Notes under the pieces: generated by a model
What the model was told of the DNA's origin: nothing
The model's input: only the letters and a program-made list of their open reading frames with translations
Databases searched by the model: none
Shown: positions 50,260 through 60,000 of the stretch, one piece after another
How positions within the stretch are numbered: the stretch's first letter is position 1
Layout: every line of letters begins with the position of its first letter
Assembly (NCBI GenBank): GCA_038087875.1
Contig: CM075990.1
Span: 5,024,001-5,084,000, forward strand
Direction: 5' to 3'
Origin: Malacoraja senta
Taxonomy: Eukaryota
DNA length: 60,000 bases
Translations under genes and position numbers: made by a program

Positions 50260-50359
50260 AGGTATTCTATCCATATCGTGGTGTCAAGCTGATGCAGAGT
50301 TGCTCCTTAGTAGTGCGAAAGATAATAGGATCTTGTGCTGGAACCCTAACAACGGAGAG
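50260..50359 (+). CDS. SEC31B: SEC31B exon (WD40)
   Basis: [33 protein letters not shown]; ctcatag / GTGAGT. Confidence 0.95.
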
Positions 50360-50531
50360 GTGAGTGACCATGGTTCAGCAATCATTATGTGCTGATTGTT
50401 CTAGCTGATGTAAACAGTTGTGTAAACCTTGGGAGTTAAGTTGTTAATGGGAACAAACTACTTTTTTCTTCAATAATCAGTTTTTGCGAACACTTGTGAC
50501 ATGATTTGATGTTGTTGTTGATTGATTTCAG

Positions 50532-50693
50532 GTAGTCTACGAGTTGCCAACAAGCAGTCAGTGGTGCTTTGATGTCCAGTGGTGTCCTCGTAATCCTGCA
50601 GTTCTGTCAGCAGCTTCCTTTGATGGGCACATCAGTGTTTACTCTGTAATGGGAGGGAGTCTTGAAGCGCAGAAACAAAACCATGTTGATAAA
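50532..50693 (+). CDS. SEC31B: SEC31B exon (WD40)
   Basis: [54 protein letters not shown]; tttcag / GTATGT. Confidence 0.95.
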
Positions 50694-51217
50694 GTATGTG
50701 AATTTCTCTGTTGTCAGGTCACTTTAAGAAAGTGCACATTATTAAGGAATGGAGTTGGAGAACTTAAGAAGCTGTGTTGGATACTGCAGGTTTAGGAATT
50801 GCATTTGCAATAACTGCCATCAAGAAACTATTTCTTTAATTTTCCTTTTTATTACATTTTTATATCTTAAAGGATTAAATCTGCAATTTTCTCAATTGTT
50901 TGCTGATGCATTTTCAGTAATTGTGCCAAATTGCTTTGTTTCCATACCCTTCCATTGGCATCACATTACTGCTAATCATGCCCCTCTCCCTGTTTTCTGA
51001 TTCGAGCATTGATCTTGTTAACAGAGCTATCTCCAGCTTTGAAGCAGGAACATGTCTTCCATGCTGCTCACACCGATCTACTTGCAAGCCTCATGGTTTA
51101 CAGTATACGTTGGTGCAATTACTCAACTCAGCAAAATTCTCAAGTCCCTCATAATATCCATCCATGATATCTCATCTGACATCCGCTCTTTTGACATAGC
51201 AAATATTTGAAGAATGA

Positions 51218-52130
51218 TGTGTAAGAAGGAACTGCAGTTAGACACAAAAAGCTGGAGTAACTCAGCGGGACAGGCAGCATCTCTGGAGAGAAGAGATGGG
51301 TGACGTTTCAGGTCGAGACCCTTCTTCAGACTGGTTAGGGATAAGGGAAATGAAAGATATAGACGGTGATGTGGAAAGATAAAGAACAATAGAAACAAAG
51401 AAAATAGGTGCAGGAGGAGGCCATTCAGCCCTTTGAGCCAGCACCGCCATTCATTGTGATCATGGCTGATCGTCCCCAATCAATAACCCGTGCCTGCCTT
51501 CTCCCCATATCTCTTGATTCCACTAGCCCCTAGAGCTCTATCTAAAGATGTGCAAAAAAGTAACAATGCTAAAGGAAACAGGCCATGTGAGCTGTATGTA
51601 GGGTGAAAATGAGAAGCTTGGGTGGGGGATGGATAGAGAGAGAGGGGGAATGCCGGGGCTACCTGAAGTGAGAGAAATCAATACCGCTGGGCTGTAAGCT
51701 GCCCAAGCGAAATATGAGATGCTGTTCCTCCAATTTGTGTTTAGTCTCACTCTGACAATGGAGGAGACCAAGGACAGAAAGGTCTGTGTAGGAATGGGAA
51801 GGAGAATTAAAGTGTCCAGCAACCGAGAGATCAGGTAGGTTCAGGCGGGTGGAGTGAACGTGTTCCGCGAAACGATCGCCAGTTGCGTTTGGTCTCACCG
51901 ATGTATAAGAATCCACATCTTGAACAACGGATACATTAGATGAGGTTGGAGGAGATGCAAGTGAACCTCTGCAGATGCTGGTTTAAACCGAAGATAGTCA
52001 CAAAAAGCTGGAGTAACTCGGTGGGACAGGCAGCATCTCTGGAGAGAAGGAACGGGTGACGTTTCGGGTCGAGACCCTTCTTCAGGCTGATTAGGAATAA
52101 GGGAAACGAGAGATATAGACGATGATGAGG
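51218..52130 (-). mobile_element. Penelope-like element fragments (GIY-YIG) with terminal repeats, interrupted by a CR1 tail
   Basis: GDRFAEH..VAGHFNSPSHS..KLEEQHLIFRLGSLQPSG at 51659-51916; hammerhead-motif repeats at ~51300 and ~52055. Confidence 0.8.
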
Positions 52131-52729
52131 ATGTTGCAGAACTCTCGGCGGAAAGAGGAGGATAACTTCTTCAAAGTAGACATATCTTGAGGAGATTTTG
52201 CAGTGGAGCAGACAAAATGTGTAAGAAGGAACTGCAGATGCTGGTTTAAACCATAAAGTTATAATGAGTACGATAGGAGCTCTAATTATTTACAGACTTG
52301 AGCATTGGTCTTAAAATTCATTTACATTTCAAAATACATAGGAACCTACTGTATAAATCAACAGTTAGCTACTCAGTCCCTTGATTCTGTTCCACTGTTC
52401 AATCAGATACTGGCTGATACAATTTTAGTTTTAACTTCACGTTCTTGCTAATCCCAGGTTCATCTCCTTGCTTATGAAGAATCTATTTACCTCTGCCTTC
52501 CTCAACTTTTAAGGAAGAGCATTTCAAAGATTTGTGACACTGAGGAAAACAGAATTGTCTCATCTCATTACAGCCAGTTCCAGATTATCCCACAAGAGGA
52601 AACATTCTCTCCACATCCACCTTATTAAAACACTTTAGGATATTTTATGTTTTAATTAACTCCCTTCTCACTTAATGTGTAGGAAGGAACTGCAGATGCT
52701 GGTTTGCACTGAAGATAGACCTAAAATAG

Positions 52730-53322
52730 TAGCAAAGAGGTCCTTCTGCAGTTGTACAGGACCGTAGTGAGACCACACCTGGAGTATTGTGTGCAGTTTT
52801 GGTTCCCTAATTTGAGGAAGGACATTCTTGCTATTGAGGGAGTGCAGCGTAGGTTTACAAGGTTAATTCCTGGAATGGCGGGACTGTCATAAGCTGAGAG
52901 AATGGAGCGGCTGGGCTTGTACACTCTGGAGTTTAGAAGGATGAGAGGGAATCTTATTGAAACATATAAGATTGTTAAGGGTTTGGACACGCTAGAGGTA
53001 GGAAACATGTTCCCGATGTTGGGGGAGTCCAGAACCAGGGGCCACAGTTTAAGAATAAGGGGTAAGCCATTTAGAACGGAGACGAGGAAACACTTTCTCT
53101 CACAGAGAGGTGTGAGTCTGTGGAATTCTCTGCCTCAGAGGGCGGTGGAGGCAGGTTCTCTGGATACTTTCAAGAGAGAGCTAGATAGGGCTCTTAAAGA
53201 TAGGGAATATGGGGAGAAGGCAGGAACGGGTACTGATTGGGGATGATCAGCCATGATCACATTGAATGGTGGTGCTGGCTCAAAGGAACGAATGGCCTAC
53301 TCCTGCACCTATTGTCTATTGT
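52730..53322 (+). mobile_element. CR1 LINE 3' fragment
   Basis: ERLGLYTLEFRRMRGNLIETYKI..TRGHSLRI..LWNSLPQ and CR1 tail. Confidence 0.9.
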
Positions 53323-53498
53323 CAAAATGCTGGAGTAACTCGGTGGGAGTAACTCAGGCAGCAGGTGATGTTTCGGGTCGAAAAAGGGATCCAAAACATC
53401 ACCTATTCCTTTTCTCCAGGGACACTACCTGACCCGCTGAATTAGCATTGAACGTTTTAATCCACTAAATATTTTTAAATTGTATTTCTTGATTTTAG

Positions 53499-53651
53499 AT
53501 TTCGTCCTCATTCAACAATTTGGACCCATTTGGCACAGGGCAGACATTTCCTCCTCTAGATATTCCTCAGCGAGCAGTTCAGCCCACCATGGTCCTTCCT
53601 TTGAAAAAGCCTCCAAAGTGGATCCGGAGACCTGTTGGTGCATCATTTGCT
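53499..53651 (+). CDS. SEC31B: SEC31B exon (linker into the Sec13-binding insertion blade)
   Basis: [51 protein letters not shown]; ttttag / GTGAGT. Confidence 0.95.
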
Positions 53652-54880
53652 GTGAGTTTGACCCTCGACTTTACCTTATTGATGGGCTGGTTAGTTTTCT
53701 TTTTTTAATTAACTGTATTGGAATTTTTGTTGACAGTTTTCACACATTTTGCTTGCTAATTCAGAAACTTGTTTTTTTTAAAGTTACCATTTTAGGGACA
53801 TGAGGCATTCAGTCCTAATTGTCACAGCAGGCACAAAGTCAGGGTTTTGTTTGTAATACACACATAACTGCCAGTGGATTAGCTTCATTCTGGGACAAAC
53901 CTGAACATTTGATAAAAGTCAGATACCTGTAGCACCTAGAACATACTTTCTTGTTGAAAGACTTCCTGTGTTAGAAAAATCCAGCTCAGCACAATACAAC
54001 TATTCACCTGCCAAAGTTAGAAGTAGCTCCAACTGAGGTTGCATCTGGTAATTCCATGATGTTTTGTTCTGAAGTAAAACCAAGTATTTTTAAGTTTCAC
54101 TTGTATGAACACATACCTAAAGAAACTAAAATATATATTGGTCCAGAGATGTTACCTATATAGGTATGAAAGAGAAATAGTGTAATGTTGGCAAATACTT
54201 TCCTTTACTTTCCTTGTTATTTCGCTTTTAAAACTCCTTTAGGACATGCCTAACCTAAAGTCATTGTTATGAAAGTGATAACCGAGAGAGAGAGAGAGAG
54301 AAAAAAAAATTCAGAGTCTGGCGATGACTTGATAAACTTGTAAACCAAATATAATTTCTGTGTAACAGTTCAAATGGGAAAATCACTAAGATGCAGCATT
54401 ATCTATCAGTGGCTGCAGAGTGGAACAGCTAGTGAAGCTGCTGCTCACAGCTCCAACAGCTTGGGTTTGATCCTGTGCTGTCTGTGTGGCGTTTGTATGT
54501 TCCCTTTGTGACTATGGGTTTCCTTCTTCCCCCATTCCAAAGATGTGCAGGTTGATAGGTAAATTACCCACTGTATTAGCCCATAATATGCAATGAATGG
54601 TAGAATCTGGAGGGGCACTTGGAATGTGTGGAAAATAATATGAGATCATTGAAAAATTATTGTTAATGGATGTTTGGCACGCACTCAGTCGTAAGCTAAT
54701 TCTTGTCTCAAGGTCAAAAATCTGTAGCCCTGACTTTAGGTTTCTATACATAAAGGTACTGTAAACGTTATGAAAATATGAACCTTTTGAGCAAAATATA
54801 CTACCGGTTTTATTATTGGGCATAAGCAAGTTGAGAGAAAGTGTATTTCTCACTTTTTTCCACTGTACCTTCATTTGCAG

Positions 54881-55111
54881 TTTGGGGGGAAGTTGATTAC
54901 TTTTGCCAACCCCAAAGCCGCTGCTCCACAGATCCAACAACCTATTTCACGCCAAGTCTTCGTGAGCGTGGTTACTACGGAAACTGAATTTTTGTGCCGT
55001 TCAAACGAGTTACAGACAGCACTCCGGTCGGAAGCATTTGTCCATTACTGTCAGTCCAAGATTAGCATCGCTGGAACAGAATTCGAGAGGAACATCTGGA
55101 ACTTTTTAAAG
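54881..55111 (+). CDS. SEC31B: SEC31B exon
   Basis: FGGKLITFANPK...VFVSVVTTETEFLCRSNELQ...YCQSKI...ERNIWNFLK; ttgcag / GTGCTT. Confidence 0.95.
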
Positions 55112-56524
55112 GTGCTTTATAAATATTAGAATTTGCTGAAGAAGAGCAGTAAAATTCACATCATCAAAATTGTCTTTAAACAAAATGTAATGAAGTCATT
55201 TAGAAAATGTCAACAATCACTAAATGTAATATTGCTAACACATGAGTTGATGGAGCTGTGATGTAAAAGTTTGACGTATATGCACAGACAACAATGGAGC
55301 ACAGGAACAGGCCCTTCGGCGCTCTATGTCTGTGCTGAGCATGATGCCAAGGCGAACTCTTCTCTCGCTGCACATGATTCGTATCCCTCCATTCCCTGCA
55401 TATCCATGTCCCTACCTCAAGGTCTCTTAAATGTCATTACCGTATCTACCTCCAATACCACCCCATGGCAGCGCATACCAGATGCTCACCATTCAGAAGT
55501 CAGGGTTACAAGTCTGTCAGAAATTAGAAGTTCATAAATGTGCAGAAACCTGAACATTGAACGGATACGTCATTCTGGTATATCTCTTGAAACCGATAAT
55601 AATTTTTGGATGTATTGAATATTATTTTTCTTCTCCAAAAATCTCTTTGGAAAACAGAGTGAAGTAATGTTTAAAAGGAAAATAACAATCCTGTAAAACA
55701 AAAATAGTTACTTAAAGATGACGGTGCTGGCTTGAAGGGCCGAATGGCCTACTCCTGCACCCATTGTCTATTGTCTATTGTCTAAGATAGGACACACATA
55801 ATTTACACGACAGAATCTTATGTACATTATTTTTTTATGATTGTTTGAGGCTTGGTTAGGATTGGAATTTACACCTCACTAAATGTGTAGTTCTACATTT
55901 TTGAAAACTGATGACTGATAAGTTAGAATAACTTAATCTAATATCTATCTGTTTTTTTTAAATGATGCTTTATTTCTGATAATGCATCCAATGCGTGACA
56001 TCAGTCTTAATGTGTTTTGCGGAGATACTCAATCTCCAAAAAAAAAGGATTTGAAATAATTCCCAGATATGCATGCAATTATTTGAATAGGTAGGTGTTC
56101 CTGAATCTGATTTTCAGACAGTTTCAATTAATTGTAATTTTATTCCCCATCCTCAAATTGTTTGAACCTTTTTTTCCTGGCGACCTCACTTAGTGTACTT
56201 ATTAACAAATGTTCAGTACCTGGCCTTCTTGCATGTTCCATAAGTATAACTTCAGAGGTTGTCAAAAATGGTTTGGATTGTGTCACATGGTAAACTTGTC
56301 CCCATGTGGGCCATTTCCAGAAGGATTATAGTCCACCTGGAGAATCTTTGCTCTATCCCTCGAACACCAAACCAAAGATTGGACAACTGTGCAAACTAAT
56401 AATCTTGTTGATCTATTTGACACTGTACCATTCTGTGATGTCCACATACTCCCGAGCAAAGCACTCTCATTTAATGTGTTCTTTAAAAAAATGTGTGATT
56501 TAATTTTATTTTCTAATCCTCAAG

Positions 56525-56599
56525 GTAAATTTTGAACAAGATCCTCGCACAAAATACTTGAACCTGCTTGGCTACAGCAAGGAAGGACTGGAAAAACAG
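56525..56599 (+). CDS. SEC31B: SEC31B exon
   Basis: VNFEQDPRTKYLNLLGYSKEGLEKQ; ctcaag / GTAAAA. Confidence 0.93.
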
Positions 56600-57183
56600 G
56601 TAAAATTTGAAATTGATAAAAATCATTGAATAGTTATGTGGTGAGGTTCAGCTCATAGATTTGTAAATTATATTGCTTGTGAAGATTCATGTAAGGGAGT
56701 TTAAGGCTAATTATCAAGATTGCATCTTTCTCCACCCATGCAAGGAAAGATGTTGACTAATTGGGGAAGACCAACTTTTCTTGTAGAAGAAAGAAGCTAA
56801 ATATTTTAGTTTGAAATGAATTGGTTAATCCCACTGAAAGTTTCTTTCAAGCTATTTATTTTGTCCTGCAAGTACATGAAACCTCTAATTCTTTGTTTTG
56901 CTTGCTCCACTTTGTTTTTCCTACACTTGTTCATTCATTTAGTTGTTTTTCTCTCTTTTTGTTACTTTGTGTTTGCACTCTCTGTCTCACTTGTGTTTTC
57001 TTTTAACACTGTTAAGCGACTATCTAGAATATGTTTCACTTGCTTTAATCTCTGTTTGGTCTTTCTCCTTCATCTTTCCATCTCTTGCATTATCTGCCTT
57101 TGAATATTCTAAAACTGTATTTAATGCTTTATCCCAATTCTTCAATGTTGCTAATTAATCACATTTCAAATTGCCATTTCCAG

Positions 57184-57276
57184 ATCGGGTCATCTCTAGG
57201 CAACAGCGCACAACTGAAGAATCTAGAAGTGGAGAATCATGAACGAGCACAGAAGATGCCAGGAGTCTCTAGTCAG
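57184..57276 (+). CDS. SEC31B: SEC31B exon (variable linker, symmetric phase 0)
   Basis: IGSSLGNSAQLKNLEVENHERAQKMPGVSSQ; tttccag / GTACAG; in frame with both neighbours but poorly conserved. Confidence 0.72.
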
Positions 57277-57607
57277 GTACAGCAGCTAGTTGCAATTGTC
57301 CCAAAACTTTGTTGGCTTTGATAGTTATTGCATGCATGCCATCATTTGCAAGGAACATATTTACTTTGAACAAAATATTCACACTGGAGGTCATTCAGTA
57401 TGTTTTGCCAGCCAAATGGTTTAATATATGTGGCAGTGCTGAAATGAAAAATCATGATGCAATGATGCATTACAATTTATGGATCACAATAATAATTTTT
57501 AACAACATAACACGAGATTATACTAAGAAACCGTGTGAAGTGCTGTGTATTTTGCAAATTTTTTATGCATGCACATTTACCGACCTGTGTTTTTGTTCAC
57601 TTTCCAG

Positions 57608-57713
57608 AGTTCGAGTTCCGAGGAGTCGATTGCAGCAGGAGATGCCTCAACAACTGATTTCTTTGATAATATTCCAGAGGAAAAGCCCATCTTTGAAATT
57701 CCTGTGACTGGAG
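57608..57713 (+). CDS. SEC31B: SEC31B exon (last one found in window; gene continues)
   Basis: SSSSEESIAAGDASTTDFFDNIPEEKPIFEIPVTG; tttccag / GTAAGT; F.IPVT precedes the alpha-solenoid in Sec31. Confidence 0.85.
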
Positions 57714-58064
57714 GTAAGTACTGGATAACAATTTAGCAATGTAATTTTATGAAGTAAACTGCCCAAATTCTGGAATTGCATAAATTTAAGGCACTGAAGG
57801 AGACTTACTGGGCAACTAACTGTATTCTTGCTGACCTAGAACACTATTGAGACACATCTTAATTTCCAACTCTTAGTCTCTAACCTTGTAGGTAGCAACA
57901 CATCTGGTACTTTGTTTCCATGAGTCTTTCAATCAATGATTCCAGAACCCTTATGCAAGGATAAAATAAAGTCCATAACGACCTCTCATCCTTCAAGTTT
58001 AAATCTATATTCCCTGGTTGTTAGCCCCTCTGCTAAGGGAATTAGGTCCTTTCTATTGACCAAT

Positions 58065-58860
58065 GATACAATTTATTTGTTGTCATTTGAACCTCATTGA
58101 GGTTCAAACGAAATTTGGTTTCTGCAGTCATACAAACAAGTAGAAGAACCAAGACACAAGACAATTTACACAAACATCCATCACAGCAAATCTTCTCCTC
58201 GCTGAGATGGAAGGCAAAGTCTTATCTCTCCCCTGCACTCCCCATTCTCCTCCCGATGTCAGAGTCAAAGCCCCCGGCGGGCGATGGTAAATAAGTCCTG
58301 CGGCCATTAAAGGCACGCCGGGTGATGCAAGGCCACGCTCCAGGTCTTGATGTTGGAGCCCCCGGCGGGCGCTAGCATGTCCCACGGCCATTAAAGCCGC
58401 GCCGGGCGATGTAAGGCCCCGCTCCAGGTCATTTTCAACCCCGGAACTCGGGCGGGAGAAGTCGCCGTTGCGGAAGCCCCGAAAAGCGGTCTCCCACCAG
58501 GGACCCGCGAGCTCCCGATGTCACCGTTCACCAGACCAGCGGCTGGAGCCTCCGAATCTCCAGGGTCGGGCCGCAGCAGCGCGCCACCACAGCTCCTCCC
58601 GCTCCGAACTCAGCCAGCTCCGCGATGGTGAGTAGTCCGCAGGCTCCGCAACTAGAGCCCCAGGTCGTTCCGGTTGGAGGCCGCTCCACGGTGCTAGGCC
58701 CCAATGACAACGGAGACCCGACAGGGAAAGGTCGGGTCCTCCGTACAGGGAAAAGATTTAACAGTTTCCCCCCCCATACCCAGTTAAAAAACCCCACTAT
58801 AACTACACTCAAACGAGACAAAAAATTTAAAAAAAGACAGACGTGAGTCGCGCCGCCCAC
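58065..58860 (-). mobile_element. GC-rich non-autonomous retroelement with a LINE-type 3' stem-loop tail (a similar kind of element at ~7915-8360 +)
   Basis: CpG-rich body abruptly inserted in an AT-rich intron; internal 46-bp duplication (58301/58385); tail with palindrome TTTGAACCTCA-T-TGAGGTTCAAA and ACAAATAAA on the minus strand. Confidence 0.5.
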
Positions 58861-60000
58861 CCAATCTCAGGCAACTCCAGGGGGAATTTGTATGCAGTTA
58901 AATTTCCCCCTCAATCTTCTTTGGTCCAAACAAATAACCGCAGCCTAGCTAAGTTTTCTTCAATCTGCGTTTGAAATTGTCCATGGAAGAAAATGTATTT
59001 GCTTCCTTTCCAAACTTGCGCATCTCTCTCCAGAAGGCTTTGGTCTAGGCTGGGCTCGTAGCCCAGCAACTGCCAGGTCTTTGCTGAGGATTTTGTTTGA
59101 ATCTTGCCATGGTGTCAGCAGGTTGACCAGGTCTGAACAACAAATAAATGTTTCATTGTGCTGTCCAATGGCATGGGGCCAAACTGAACTAAGGGGAAAA
59201 TGTTTTCTTGCAGCATCTTCCTGTCATTAATCCAAGGGAGCTAATGTCTGTGGTAACATCCCTTTTAGGGTCCCAGCCCAAAATGTCATCTATCCATGCT
59301 CCCCAGAGATACTGTCTGACCCGCTGTGTTACTCCAGCAGCTCTTGTTTTGTAAACCTGCAGTTCCTTGTGTCCACATCCCATCTACTGTGCTGGTTAAG
59401 TGAGAGCCAGACAATATTTCTGATTTTTTTCTCTCTCTGTGGTTGTGAATCACTGTCCTGATTCGTTTCCCTTTCCCCTGACTCTCAGTCTGAAGAAGGG
59501 TCTCGACCCGAAATGTCACCTATTCCTTTTCTCCTGAGATGCTGTCTGACCCGTTGGGTAACTTCAGTTTTTTGTGTCTATCTTCTGGAGCTTTACAACA
59601 TTTGTTATTGAGTGGTTACTTGCCTATTGGCCCCATAAACAGGAACCTCTTGTGACTGGTTTTAGTTGGATAAGATTGTTAAAATTAAACCTGAAACACA
59701 AAGTTCACTCTGCAGTAAGTTGTGGCACTTTATCATGCTGTTGAACTCTTGGAAATCCAAACAGTTGAGATTTGGCCATTGTGTGATTCAATGTTTATTC
59801 AACATTCAGATAAACCTCCTCTGTCTATGACTGCCTTGGTTGAACTAGTCTGCTAGTTTGCTTGCTCTGTGCTTTTCACCCATCTCCCATCACATGAAGG
59901 GTCTACTTCAGCTGTCATAACTGTTTTGCCTGCATTCTCTTTGGCAATCACTCCTGTCCTCGGTAATTTCCAATGGCTTATGATCATGTAATGTTCTGTT

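Noticed and set aside
58086..58108. 23-bp palindrome TTTGAACCTCATTGAGGTTCAAA
   Set aside because: Sits in the 3' tail of a retroelement, where a stem-loop is expected.

Overview
Eukaryotic vertebrate DNA, not prokaryotic. The repeat content (HE1/V-SINE-type SINEs, CR1, L2, Rex1, Penelope-like elements, Tc1) points to a cartilaginous fish, probably a skate or ray; this taxon call is an inference. Three spliced genes were reconstructed by hand and match the vertebrate HIF1AN-NDUFB8-SEC31B gene order. (1) HIF1AN (FIH-1): coding exon 1 on the minus strand (19167-19298); no exon 2 was found, so intron 1 appears to run off the left edge (>19 kb). (2) NDUFB8: complete, 5 exons, 188 aa, plus strand (19849-29688), head-to-head with HIF1AN across a ~550 bp CpG island. 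(3) SEC31B: a putative non-coding exon 1 and 13 coding exons (563 codons, 36624-57713), continuing past the right edge. Most other sequence is transposon-derived. Highlights: roughly 40 dispersed Penelope-derived short repeats, many carrying a minimal hammerhead-ribozyme core, some as ~95-130 bp TSD-flanked insertions starting at that core; a candidate 9-nt in-frame microexon in SEC31B; a 175-bp gap-free inverted repeat; a perfect 23-bp hairpin; and minisatellites of transcription-factor motifs (NF-Y, YY1) at both promoters. All calls come from reading the sequence; no searches were run.
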